Part shown: positions 25,406 through 38,216 of the stretch, one piece after another | How positions within the stretch are numbered: the stretch's first letter is position 1 | How the letters are laid out: each line of letters starts with the position of its first letter | DNA from: Octopus vulgaris | Taxonomy: Eukaryota | DNA length: 64,000 nucleotides | Direction: 5' to 3' | Assembly (NCBI GenBank): GCA_951406725.2 | Contig: OX597815.1 | Location: forward strand, 191,704,001-191,768,000 | Position numbers and translations under genes: made by a program | Notes under the pieces: generated by a model | Seen by the model: the letters and a program-made list of their open reading frames with translations, nothing else | The model's database searches: none | What the model was told of the DNA's origin: nothing

Positions 25406-25864
25406 TTAAATATATATATGAGCATGTCTAGATATGCAACTATATGCAAGAGAATACATACATAAAACAAAACATACAAATCTGCACACACACATACATA
25501 CAAACAAACAAAAATACGCTGTTGTTGATATTGAAATTCCAATGAAGGATCCTTGGATCTACGTTAGAAATAGGCTCTTTCTTTATTGGCAAGAAATCTT
25601 GAAATAAAACTAATTACATTCATACATACGTAACGTACATACATGCATGTACACACACAAACACACAAATAAATATATATCATATGGACATACGTACATG
25701 TATGAGTTAAAAACTGCATTGAAATACATGCTCTAAACTTTGTTAAGCCGATAACACCGCTTCGTAAAAGATGAGTTTTTCTCAGTAAAACTTCTTTGGT
25801 TAAAATATACATTATAATATTGTATTGAGTCAAAAGTTTTACATATTCTACTGACTTACATCCT

Positions 25865-26360
25865 TCGTAAGTTGACAACAAAAGCAGCCTAGTATTCAAA
25901 ATGGAGGCCATTGTGTTGCCCTGTCTGAAGTCACCTTTCTGACAGGTCTTTGATCCCATGCTGATACTAGTTTTTTATCCTTTGAGCCACAGAAACCTTT
26001 TACTGAAGTTTCCGCCTTCCCTTGGCCGAGGAAGTGTTGCGAGCGAAGAAAGTAAGCCATAGATCAGAATAAATAAATTTCTTTACTACCCACAAACAGA
26101 GGAACAAATAGCAACCCAAGAGAGTTAGGTCCAGACTGTATGCTGCGTATGACATCAGTTCGATTCCCTCGAGTTCCTGGAGTTTATTCCGGTTCGTTCT
26201 TATGTTGTCTTACTGCAGAAGAACTCGCCTTCTGTTAACCAACGCCGGGTATTTTAACCACACAATGACACGCACCTGCTCCAGCTGTTCGGAGTACAGG
26301 TTGGCATCAATAATTTGACTGTCTGGAACGAACTTGTAGTGAATTATCCCTGCTAACGAA
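25865..26360 (-). pseudogene. mariner transposase C-terminal fragment
   Basis: GIIHYKFVPDSQIIDANLYSEQLEQV...VLLQ*DN...AYSLDLT (degenerate YSPDLAP). Confidence 0.85.
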
Positions 26361-26398
26361 ATTACCTCTTATTAAAAAAAAAATTATAACCAGGATAT

Positions 26399-26770
26399 AG
26401 GCGTAGGAGTGGCTGTGTGGTGAGTAGCTTGCTTACCAAACACATGGCTCTGGGTTCAGTCCCACTGCGTGGCACCTTGGGCAAGTGTCTTCTACTATAG
26501 CCTCGGGCCGACCAAAGCCTTGTGAGTGGATTTGGTAGACGGAAACTGAAAGAAGCCCGTCGTGTATATGTATATATATTTATATGTGTGTGTGTATATG
26601 TTTGTGTGAAAGCCCATCGTGTGTGTATAAATATATGTGTGTGTGTTTGTCGCCCCATCATCGTTTGATAACCGATGCTTGTGTGTTTACGTCCCCGTAA
26701 CTTAGCGGTTCGGCAAAAGAGACCGATAGAATAAGTACTAGGCTTACAAAGACTAAAACGAGTAAAAGAG
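26399..26770 (+). mobile_element. SINE B
   Basis: Family match. Confidence 0.9.
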
Positions 26771-26804
26771 GATCTCTGATCTACGATATGATCTGAACTG
26801 ATCT

Positions 26805-26963
26805 GGGTTAGGGTGTTGGGTTAGAATTAGGATTTTGGGTTAAGATATTGTTAAGATCTGGGTTAGGGTTTTGGGTTAGGATTTTGGCTAGGTTTTAGAG
26901 TGATGGCTAGGTTTAGGGTTAGAGTTAGGGTTTAGAGCTAGGATTAGGCTTAGAGTTAGGGTT
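26805..26963 (+). repeat. Degenerate interstitial (TTAGGG)n-like tract
   Basis: GGGTTAGGG, GTTAGAGTTAGGGTTTAG and similar units. Confidence 0.75.
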
Positions 26964-27107
26964 GGACTGCTGGCTAAAGTGTAAATGGTCAGATAGACCG
27001 CACGTTAAAAATGGCACCTTCAAAGCCTGTGTTAAAGTTTATGATGTCATCATTTGATATTTAATTTAACCACGTAGAAGTTTTCAGTTTATCATATATA
27101 GATAGAT

Positions 27108-27182
<75 letters not shown>

Positions 27183-27771
27183 CATACACAAACATATATA
27201 TGATAAACTGGAAACTTGTACGTGAAAAGTTTACTGTAGGTTCGAACACGTGATGGCATAACTTTTTGTTTGTTGTGCATTAGCTTTTCATTGACATAAA
27301 TATTTGTACATTTTAATGTTAATAACCTATAAAGGCACAATTATAGATGTACAAAGATAGGAAATTATATTTTTATTTATTCCTGTTCATCATACGAACT
27401 ACAATAACAGGAACAGTGATCTCAGCAAAGGAATTAACTATAAAGCTACGAGAGAGAAAGAAAGAAAAACACTCTATCTAGCAGTGAATTAAAATCAGTT
27501 TTCTGAGGTTGCAATCTTCAATTATGTAAGAATTTCAAAAGCCACATTTTGATAAAAAGAAAAGGCATTAGAATTAGAACATTAAAGAATTTTCTAGACA
27601 GCGCAGTCTTTAATAATTGCTTTCCTTTAGTCAAAGTTGAATATCTAAACTAATCATAAAGCGGCTTTCGTCATTATAGTATATATACAGTTGCATAATA
27701 TAAATATTTACCTCCTATGTCAAAAATTTTAACAATACATGTATGCATTCATTCATTAATACATACATACA

Positions 27772-27803
<32 letters not shown>

Positions 27804-28080
27804 GTACCCACGCTTCACCTCACCTCTCATAGTTCTCCCCTTTGTCAATCACACCTTCAGCAACCTCTTCCCCTTCCGGTCATTTAATCATGCGGTAATT
27901 GTCTAATCGAGACAGACTTGTTCTTTTCTGAAGAGAGAGAGAGAGAGAGTGTGTGAGAGAGAGAGAGAGGTAAAAGACTTTTATTTTCCTGAGCGTAAAC
28001 TTAATACACTTTGCTTTTTTTTCCTTGTCTTCGTGCTTTTTAGGTATTAGACACACCATATATATATACATACGTACGTA

Positions 28081-28560
28081 CGAAGTATGATCAATAAGTA
28101 TCCGGACTGTTGCCATAGTAACAAAACTAAAGCACGCAGGGTGAAGCCGCTTGGCACAGATTGACCTTGGACTCTGCCGTGCATGCGCACTAAGTTTTAA
28201 CGTTCTAGCTAGCTCACTTCCGCTATTTACAGCAGTGCTTGGAAGGAAGGTGAGTAGCGTGTGATCGTCGCATTGGCCATGACAGAGCAAGCGGTCATGG
28301 TGATACCTGCTCAGGGGCCTACGCAAAGTTGCAGAAAGCCTCAGGAGAGGAATATATGAGCCTTGCAGATGTGTACAAGTGGTTTAGACGTTTCTAGATG
28401 GCCGAAAACAAATGTCGATAGTGACGATAGAGACCCGCAACGAGCAGAACTGAGAAAAGCATAGCAGATGTGCGTGCAGCTGTGAGGGGAAATCGTCGAA
28501 TCAACATCCATGAGTTATCAGAGGATGTTCAGACTACTTACGGTTCAGACGTTCTCTCGA
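28081..28560 (+). mobile_element. mariner 5' end (TIR plus HTH region), decayed
   Basis: TA|CGAAGTATGATCAATAAGTATCCGGACT; VYKWFRRF..GR, RPATSRTEKSIADVRAAVRGNRRINIHELSEDV. Confidence 0.85.
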
Positions 28561-29059
28561 CATCGTTCAAATGCGCTTGACTCGGGCTCAGAAGTTACAG
28601 TGCGAGTTGTTATCTATAATCGTAAAAATTGAAAGTAATTCAAATTCACAAAGTAATTAAAAATTTTTTCTTGAAACAATAAATTTCTGAAGAGATTAGG
28701 ATTTAAATTCCAATCGATGAAAAGTTACCATTCTACAATATTCTTAAAAGAATGAAAAATTATCCAGCAGCTCGGGCTATTATGAACGAGTCTGTCAGGT
28801 GAAAGACATAGTGCTAGATATATATAAAAACAATAAGCCATTTGGAGCTAGAAATAAAGCGGGAAAGCGGGAAATTCTTCGAGTAGGCATGTGTCTTATG
28901 CGAAATCCGTGATGAGCCCGAGTGGTGCTGTTGACCTGGAGTCACCTCTGCTACGTACATACATATGTATGTATGTAGATGTATGTATATATATATATAT
29001 GCATGTATGTATATATATACGTAGGCATGTACATATATATACGTATATATATATACGTC

Positions 29060-29350
29060 TGTATGTACTGTCCTGTTTTTGTTACCATTTTTACCCCTCC
29101 GCAAAAAGATCTCAAATTTTATTTAATTTGCTTTTCGCGGGAAGGAAAGCTTCTATTGAAGATGCGTATCGCCTTCACCTTCGAAACGCAGAGTAGATGA
29201 AACCATGGCGACTGAAGAAGGGGAATTTTCCTTGTGTTATTTGTCCTGTACTCTATTTTTTCGTTGTTTAAGAAAAATGTCCAGTTCCTTGGTTTTGTGT
29301 CTGTTTTCATTTCTCATTGTGTTCGAGGTTTTTTTGGTGTCCTGTACCCA
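29060..29350 (+). mobile_element. PLE-like short remnant with hammerhead half-motifs (related copy 40200-40370 minus)
   Basis: CCTTCGAAAC...CTGAAGAAGGGGAA and a shared tail ...GGTGTCCTGTAC. Confidence 0.5.
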
Positions 29351-30247
29351 TATATGCATGTATATATACATGTAGAGGTAGGTACGTACATATATGTATG
29401 TATATATGCATGTGTTTTATTTATTAATTTATATATATATATACATACATACACACGTATATATATACGTGTGTATGTATGTATATACACACACACACAT
29501 TATGAGGAAAATTATATACTTTGTATTAATTTTTTCCTCAATTGGTTTTCCGTGCTGGCTACTTAATAAATTATATATAGATTTTTATCCTTAAATTATA
29601 TGTATATTCTACCTATCTACCTGCCTACCTATCTACCTACCTTCCTTCTCACCTGCCCTCTTTCTGTTACTCTTTCCCCCCTGCTATTTTATTTTATTAC
29701 ACCTCCCAATTTTTTCTATGTCATTGTCATACGTGTAAAACTGCATCTTCTATGACCTAGTCGATCTGATGTCTGTGAACCAAGTCTGAACTGCCATGGT
29801 GAGAGCTGTTTTAATTAATCTGTTAATTAACTTGCGAAAAGCAGGCTCACCACAGCAATATACATTCTCCTCCTATTAATGAAATCAATAAAACTGATAG
29901 ACGTTGCATGATATTAGCGCACAAACAAACCAACGAACACATAAACACATGTGGCGTTACTTATAGATAATACTTCGTAAGTCGGAGTTTCATGCTAACG
30001 AAATGTTACTATCATAGAACGAAAGTCTCATTAATATTTAAATCATTTAAATGGACTGCATGCACATATATATATATATATATATATATATACAACTGTG
30101 GTGGTGTTGGTAAAATAGGTTCTTTGTCTATCTCATTATCCTCTTTGGAGATTTTAGGTAAAATTATACTAATGTGTCCTAATTTAATTAAATTCTGTTT
30201 TTGTGCAGCTGACGATTGCTCTACATTTTAAATTGATGTAATGAAAT

Positions 30248-30299
<52 letters not shown>

Positions 30300-30475
30300 T
30301 AATCTAAACAATAAAGCACAAAAAACAACAACGCGAGGACGTGGAACAAATATAGTATTATTGGACGCTCAGGAAAGAAGGAGGGTTTAACGTTTCGAGC
30401 GGAGCTCTTCGTCGGAAACATAGGAGAAGGGAAGACAGATGAAAAAAAGTCGCCAACGGTACACACGAGGTCACA
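30300..30475 (-). mobile_element. PLE end with hammerhead motif at 30385-30419
   Basis: Reverse complement GTTT-CCGACGA-A-GAGC TCC GCTC-GAAA-CG-TT-AAAC, between (TA)n tracts. Confidence 0.75.
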
Positions 30476-30492
30476 TATATATATATATATAT

Positions 30493-30975
30493 ACACCTTC
30501 CACCTCAGAAGCCTCCGACGCATACTCGGCATCTCCAGGCAAGACAAAGTAACCAATACTGACGTTCTGTCTCGTGCTGGCCTCTCCACCATGCTCACCT
30601 TGCTAAGACACCGTCGACTGCGCTGGCTTGGCCACATTCGCCGTTTGGAGGATGGTCGGATCCCAAAGGATGTCCTCTTCGGAGTGCTTGTCGCAGGGCG
30701 GAGAAGCATTGGTCGCCAGAAGCTGAGGTACAGGGACGTGTGCAGGAGGGATATGCAGGCACTTGGCATCAACACCAATTCCAGTGAGGATCTCGCAGCC
30801 CACCGAACCAGCAGAAAAGAAATGACAGCCAACAGACCGGATTTAACGTATAGGTGCAAACGAGACTGCCAATCCCACAACGGTCTCTACAGCCACAGGA
30901 GGCGTTGCAAAAACAGAATAGACAACTCAACGGACGGATGGCATCATCCATGATCAGCCATGACCGACGGAGGCC

Positions 30976-30998
<23 letters not shown>
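30493..30998 (+). mobile_element. 5'-truncated RTE (BovB-like) LINE with internal deletion and (CTAA)n tail
   Basis: FHLRSLRRILGISRQDKVTNTDVL...RRLRWLGHIRRLEDGRIPKDVLFG...GRQKLRYRD, then a terminal zinc-finger remnant CKRDCQSHNGLYSH. Confidence 0.92.
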
Positions 30999-31008
<10 letters not shown>

Positions 31009-31330
31009 AGGCACGTGACTTAGTGGTTAGGGCATTCGGCTCAAGATTGTAAGGTCATGAGTTCAATTCCCGGTGATGCGTTGTGCCCTTGAGCAAGACA
31101 CTTTATTTCACGTTGCTCCAGTCCACTCAGCTGGCAAAAATAAGTTTTACCTTCATTTCAAAGGGGCCAGCCTTGTCACACCCAGTGTCACGTTGAATCT
31201 CACCGAGAACTGTGGTATGGGGTACACGTGTCTGTGCATTGCTCAGTCACTTGCACGTTAATTTCATGAGCAGGCTGTTCTGTTGATCGTTTCAGCTGGG
31301 AACCCCGTCGTCGTAACCGACGGAGTACTC
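31009..31330 (+). mobile_element. Mosaic SINE: family D-like head/core with family C-like 3' half
   Basis: TTGAGCAAGACACTTTATTTCACGTTGCTCCAGTCCACTCAGCTG is shared with 2126-2461. ATTTCAAAGGG...CGTCGTAACCGACGGAGT is shared with 9343-9725. Confidence 0.8.
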
Positions 31331-31333
31331 ATG

Positions 31334-31385
<52 letters not shown>

Positions 31386-31388
<3 letters not shown>

Positions 31389-31848
31389 GGGTTGGACAAA
31401 ATAATGGAAACACCTTAAAATTTCAAACAAATATATTTTAATATAGGGTAGGACCGCTGTTGGCAGTAATTACAGCTTGAATTCTACGAGGTATGGACTC
31501 GTACAAAGATTGAAATGTTTCCAAAGGAATTTTTGTCCATTCTTCAACTAAAACAGTCTCCAGGTCTTCTAGTGATTACAGTGGAGAATATCGACTCCTT
31601 ACTTGTTTTTCTAAAATGCACCATAATTTTTCTATACTATTGAGATCTGGGGACTGTGGTGGCCAGATAAGATGTTCAACTTCACCACAATATTCCTCGT
31701 GCCATTCAGTAACAACTTTAGCTGTGTGAATTGGTGCATTATCACCCTGAAAGATTGGGAATTGGTGCATTATCATCCGGAAACACTTTCGCAACCATAG
31801 GATAAATTTGGTCAGATAAAATGCTTAAATAGTCTTGACTATTAATTC
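31386..31848 (-). mobile_element. Tc1-like transposon 3' end with TIR; DD36E spacing
   Basis: FQGDNAPIHTAKVVTEWHEEYCGEVEHLIWPPQSPDLNSIEKLW; TIR GGGGTTGGACAAAATAATGGAAACACC. Confidence 0.9.
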
Positions 31849-31867
31849 GCTTTCCTGTTCTCTTCAA

Positions 31868-31898
31868 CCCTGAAGAAAGACTCAATCCGAAACGTTGG
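31868..31898 (+). ncRNA. Minimal hammerhead motif
   Basis: CC-CTGAAGA-AAGA CTCAA TCC-GAAA-CG-TT-GG. Confidence 0.6.
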
Positions 31899-32064
31899 AT
31901 ACTTTACTGCTTTTTCTAAACAATAAAAGTCCTGCTGACGTTGACCACCGTTATTCTCCTACACCACCGCAACACAGAAATGTTTTAATATATGGTAGAA
32001 GTAACAGTGATTCAAGGCACGAGAGTTTCGTGGGCTAGCACTTATTAGATAAATACAAATATAT

Positions 32065-32480
32065 AGGCGCAAGAGTGGCTGTGTGGTAAGTAGCTTGCTA
32101 ACCAACCACATGGTTCCGGGTTCAATCCCACTGCGTGGCATCTTGGGCAAGTGTCTTCTGCTATAGCCCCGGGCCGACCAATGCCTTGTGAGTGGATTTG
32201 GTAGACGGAAACTGAAAGAAGCCTGTCGTATATATGTATATATATATATATATGTGTGTGTATGTGTTTGTGTGTATGTGTGTGTGTGTGTGTGTTTGTT
32301 TGTCCCCCTAGCATTGCTTGACAACCGATGCTGGTGTGTTTACGTCCCCGTAACTTAGCGGTTCGGCAAAAGAGACCGATAGAATAAGTACTGGGCTTAC
32401 AAAGAATAAGTCCCGGGGTTGATTTGCTCGACTAAAGGCGGTGCTCCAGCATGGCCGCAGTCAAATGACTGAAACAAGTA
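32065..32480 (+). mobile_element. SINE B, full length
   Basis: GGCGCAAGAGTGGCTGTGTGGTAAG ... GACTGAAACAAGTAAAA. Confidence 0.92.
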
Positions 32481-33214
32481 AAAAAAAAAAAATTCTGTCT
32501 AGCTATCTAGCTAGCTGTCTGTCTGCCTGCCTGTCTCATTCTCTCTCACTCTATCTATCTAGTACAGAAAGAAAGAGGGGAAAGAGTGTGAAAAGTGAGG
32601 GAGAGAGAGAACGAGATGCTGGAACGCGAGTAAATTTAAGGAGAAAATATTAACAAAAAAAAATGCATGAAACAAAGTCAAGTAATAAGAGCGGGAAAAA
32701 GACTCATTGTGGATATGAGAGGGAGAGGGGAAAGAGAGAGAGAGTAAGTGTATGAGAGAGAGAGAAAGTGAGTGTGTATGTACGTACTGGTGTATGCGAT
32801 AGAGTGACAGTGATAGGTAGACAGAGAGATAAAATGAGAAAGAGAAAGAGAGTGTGTGTCAAATGGAAGACGCGTTTCAATAAATCAGAAATGAAATACA
32901 GAGACAAGTAGAGGGGGAAAAGAACAACGATAACAAAAAGCAATAAAACAAAAAAAGGAAAAAAAAATAATAATAAAAAAACCCCAACAACTCCAACCTC
33001 CCAGTCCCACCCTCTGCCTTCTACGCAACAGTCATGATCCGTAGCAGCTTCACCAACGAGAACAAAAAACAAACAAACAACAACAAAAACAGCGATATAT
33101 ATATACATGTATACATACATATACATATATGTATATATAGATACATATATATATATGTAATACACATACATTTGTGCACACGCAAACACATGTATGTTTG
33201 TACGTATCGCTCAA

Positions 33215-33952
33215 TCCACACACATACTCACACACTAACACACACACACTAACACACACACTAACACACACACACTCACACGCACACGCACACACGCACA
33301 CACACGCACACGCACACTAACACACACACACACACTAACACACACGCACACTAACACACACGCACACTAACACACACGCACACTAACACACACGCACACT
33401 AACACACACGCACACTAACACACACGCACACTAACACACATCACACTAACACACACACACACTAACACACACACACACTAACACACACACACACTAACAC
33501 ACACGCACACTAACACACTAACACACACACACACACACGCACACGCATCGCACGCGCGTATCTGGTACTTAAGTCAGAGCATGCAGTTTTAAAATCACGT
33601 CCATAGAATAAGATTCTCTTTCTGCTAATAAAAATGCAAGATTTATATTAAAGAAAAACATAAGATTGTTTGATTTGTATTCATTTAATATAACTAAACG
33701 CATGCATTGCATTCACGTAGGAAACACCTCCAATGTATAAGCTTCTAACTACGTATAGGCATGCATATATATATATATATATATAGATAGATAGATAGAT
33801 AGATAGATGTGTGTGTGTAGATAGATAGATAGATGTGTGTGTGTGTGTATATATATATATAATAGATGTGTGTGTGTGTGTGTGTGTTATATATATATAT
33901 ATAGATAGATGTGTATGTGTGTGTGTGTGTGTTATATATATATATATGTGTA

Positions 33953-33985
<33 letters not shown>

Positions 33986-34025
33986 GATAGATGTGTGTGT
34001 ATTTATATATATATATATAGATAGA

Positions 34026-34057
<32 letters not shown>

Positions 34058-34215
34058 GATGTGTGTGTATATATATATATATATATAGATAGATGTGTGT
34101 GTATTTATATATATATAGATAGATGTGTGTGTGTGTATATATATATATATATAGATAGATGTGTGTATATATATATATAGATAGATGTGTGTGTGTATAT
34201 ATATATATAGATAGA

Positions 34216-34292
<77 letters not shown>

Positions 34293-34431
34293 ATAGATGT
34301 TTGTATATATATATATATATATATATAGATAGATAGATAGATGTTTGTATAGATAGATAGATAGATGTTTGTATATATAGATAGATAGATGTTTGTATAT
34401 ATATATATACAGATAGATGTGTGTGTGTGTG

Positions 34432-34490
<59 letters not shown>
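33215..34490. repeat. CACACTAA minisatellite (33215-33545) and TA/GATA/GT compound repeat (33765-34490)
   Basis: Direct reading. Confidence 0.9.
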
Positions 34491-34491
<1 letters not shown>

Positions 34492-34785
34492 TTGCCTTGG
34501 CCTTGTTATCTTATTTTATTTGAAACATATGTGCGTGTGTGTGTGTGTATATATATATATGTGTGTGTCTCTATTGTGTTGTGTATGCATAATTTGAGAA
34601 AATTGAAAGAGTGAAACTTTTGTTGAGTTGTCAAAATAAAAAATAAAAAAACCTTTATATTTATGTAAATCTCCTTGCAGTCACGCATTTCTAATATTTT
34701 AAATATCACCTTTTTATATTTTTTTTTTCCAAAAATAAATATTTAACACCAGATCACAATTGAATAATTTATTATTATTATTATC

Positions 34786-35345
34786 GTTGAGAGAGTGAGC
34801 AGTGCCTGCCATCAAAGTGACACTGGGGTAAAATATGCGAAGCCCAGTATACCCATCATGACTACCTGTCTGATAAGGGTACACCAGGCACATGCATCAC
34901 AACCATTGTTTTGCGTGACATGGGGATCTCATATCAAGATAAACAGCGCATGACCTTGCAGGTGGGGCCCAGTTAGAATTTTCTTCTGTTCGAGTAGCCC
35001 ATCCCGATCAAAAGGTCTCTGAATAAGGCTTGTTTTAGGATGTTGAACGAAACACCCATGTTTCCTGAGGTGAATTATCCAAACCTCAAATTCCTCTCAA
35101 CACACGGCTATGATGCTCCCCCACTACTTCTGCTCGTGATCAGAGATGCACATACTGTTAGCCACTAAGGGACATGCTCAACTGGTTAAGGCCAAACAAC
35201 TCGCAAGCAAATCTGTGGTATTGAGCAGAATATTTGCTGTAGTTCATCTTTAATACCAAGACAAAACAATGTACATGATAACACTTCCAATCAGTTAAGA
35301 TCAGAAGCCATGAGAGCCAGTGCCTGGTACTACATCAGGGCATTT
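34786..35345. mobile_element. Unclassified ~560 bp element inserted within (TTA)n
   Basis: GC-richer block flanked on both sides by TTA repeats; no ORF or TIR seen. Confidence 0.5.
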
Positions 35346-35364
35346 ATTATTATTATTATTATTA

Positions 35365-36020
35365 TGGCAGCAAGCTGGCAGAATCGTTAGCACACTGAGC
35401 AAAATGCTTAGCGGTATTTCGTCTGTCGGCGAGCTGGCAGAAATGTTAGCACGCCGGGTGAAGTGCTTAGCGGTATTTCGTCTGCCGCTACGTTCTGAGT
35501 TCAAATTCCGCCGAGGTCGACTTTGCCTTTCATCCTTTCGGGGTCGATAAATTAAGTACCAGTTACTCACTGTGGTCGATGTAATCGACTTAATCCGTTT
35601 GTCTGTCCTTGTTTGTCCTCTCTGTGTTTAGCCCCTTGTGGGTAGTAAAGAAATAGGTATTTCGTCTGTCTGAACGTTCTGAGTTCAAATTCCGCCGAGG
35701 TCGACTTTGCCTTTCATCCTTTCGGGGTCGATAAATCAAGTACCAGTAAAGTACTGGGTTCGATGTGATCGATTTGCCCCCTTTTCCCAAAATTTCAGGC
35801 CTTGTACCCATACTAAAAATTATTATTATTATTATAATTAACTGACAGAATCATCAGCATGCCAGGCAAAATTCTCAGCGGCATTTTGTCCGTCTCCACG
35901 TACTGAGTTCAAATTCTTCTTTCATCCTTTCGGGTTCGATAAATTGAGTACCAGTTATGCACTGGGGTCGATGCAATCAAGTTGTCCCATCCCTTCAAAT
36001 TTCAGGTCTTGAACCTTCAG
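35365..36020 (+). mobile_element. Nested/tandem SINE A cluster
   Basis: Partial head at 35365, full unit 35427-35655, junction unit 35656-35812, degenerate copy 35835-36020. Confidence 0.85.
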
Positions 36021-36127
36021 GATATAGTATTATTATTTGGTTTGGCTCAGTTTTGATCTCATTCCTGCTAGGATTTATGAGGGTAGCCAGTTGCTACCTG
36101 TAACCTTTAGATATGCACAAGTTTTCA

Positions 36128-36140
36128 ATAGAAGCCCGTC

Positions 36141-36199
<59 letters not shown>

Positions 36200-36665
36200 G
36201 TGCGTGTGTGTGTGTATATGTTTGTGTGTCTGTGTTTGTCCCTCCCAACATCACTTGACAACCGATGTTGGTTCGGCAAAGGAAACCGATAGAATAAGTA
36301 CTAGGCTTACAAAGAATAAGTCCTGGAGGCGATTTGCTCGACTAAAAGCGGTGCTCCACCATGGCCACAGTCAAATGACTGAAACAAGTAAAAGAGTATT
36401 TTTGAACCCACGTGATAATCTTTGCTGTCCCTAAGAGATAAACTTCCTGTAGGAGCTTCTGTTGTTTGTTGACAGAATCATTAGCGCGTCGGACAAAATA
36501 TTTAGCGGCACTTCGTCCGTCTTTACGTTCTGAGTTCAAATTCCGCCAGGGTCGACTTTGCCGTTTATCCTTTCGCGGGTCAATAAACTAAGTACCAGTT
36601 GAATATTGAGATCGATGGATCGATGTAATCGCTTCCCCAAACATGCTGGCCTCGTGTCAAAACTT
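36128..36665 (+). mobile_element. Partial SINE B (36128-36398) and degenerate SINE A (36465-36665)
   Basis: Family matches. Confidence 0.8.
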
Positions 36666-36898
36666 GAAATCATCATCATCATTATTTTCGTCTCTTGTAT
36701 TATAAAATCATGTGTGTGCATGCGTGCACGCGTGTGTATCTGTGTGTTTCTGTGATTCACTTCTTTGCTACTCGGAGTTTCGTATGTTTCACGTGTAACC
36801 TACATCCATGAAACTTTGAGTAACAACGGCGGAAATTGCCAGCTGATATAAGCCATACACCGAGTGCTACATGATACATGTTTGTGTACATAATCCAC

Positions 36899-37385
36899 AT
36901 GTATGTATGTATGTATGTATGTATGTATGTATGTATGTATGTATGTATGTATGTATGTATGTATGTATGTATGTATGTATGTATGTATGTATGTATGTAT
37001 GTATGTAGGGACGTGTGTGTGTGTGTGTATGTGTGTGTGTGTGTGTATGTGTATGTATGTATGTGTGTGTGTGTGTATGTGTGTGTATGTGTATGTGTAT
37101 GTGTGTGTATGTGTGTGTATGTGTATGTGTGTGTATGTATGTATGTACGTATGTATGTATGTACGTATGTATGTATGTACGTATGTATGTATGTACGTAT
37201 GTATGTACGTATGTATGTATGCACGTATGTATGTATGTATGCACGTACGTACGTATGTATGCACGTACGGACGTATGTATGCACGTACGGACGTATGTAT
37301 GCACGTACGGACGTATGTATGCACGTACGGACGTATGTATGTACGTACGGACGTATGTATGTGTGTACGTACGTACGTACGTATA
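36899..37385. repeat. (TATG)n plus 20-bp GTATGTATGCACGTACGGAC minisatellite
   Basis: Direct reading. Confidence 0.95.
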
Positions 37386-37846
37386 CATGAATGCATATAA
37401 CACACACACACGTAACAATAAAAATGGTGCATAGCGCTACATTAAATAAGTTCCCAAAATTCAGCAGAAACGTAACAATGGAACAAACGTAAAATTCACA
37501 CACAAGCCGTTGCTCTCGCCTCGTCAGTTATCGTGCAAAAAAATCCTTACAATGTCACGTCTTTAACGATAACATTGTTCATTTTTGGTGGCGTCAACAG
37601 CAAGATTTAGTTAAACTCTTTATTACAATGCTGTGCGGTAATCGTTACGTAGAGAATTGTTTAATGACTTTGAAACGCCAGATTTTCAAAAGAAAATCAT
37701 AATTTACTCCATTGCTATTTACCAGCCTCACTTGGAAGGGACTGTACACACACGTACAACACTTATACACACAACACATATATACATATAGCGATGTAAC
37801 AGTTATAAAGTATATAAATGATATATTTTAAATAGTGCAAGCATTA

Positions 37847-38165
37847 TCTCTCTATATATAAACGGCAAAATGTCTGTGTGTGTGTGTCCTTTATACAAAT
37901 CCACCATTTTTCAGTTAGAGGGCTCGCACTTTCTATGGTCATTCAAAACCGTCCAAGGGTAGTCGTGCACATCTTTACATTTCCCTAGTCACCTCGCAAA
38001 GTCATTAAAAATCAATTTTCTATCCAAAACCCAATCAAAATGCCCGAAACCTGATACGCCAATTGAATGCCAGCTAGCTGTATGTGATTGGTCGGAGATT
38101 TGGACAGTACTCGCGTGTATGTGCGCACCCACGCACGCAGCTGTATTGCCGGGTCATACTGCTAG
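37847..38165 (+). mobile_element. Non-autonomous Helitron (third subfamily)
   Basis: A|TCTCTCTATATATAAACGGC ... GCCGGGTCATACTGCTAG|T. Confidence 0.8.
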
Positions 38166-38216
38166 TCTGGTATAGCACTTAGTACGTTAAGAAGATATAT
38201 ATATATATATTGAGTA

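Noticed and set aside
24947-25465. 172-aa plus-strand ORF
   Set aside because: Antisense shadow of the CR1 fragment.
35515-35590. HDV-like ribozyme in the SINE A core
   Set aside because: GTCGA repeats allow pairings, but I could not build the nested double pseudoknot by eye.
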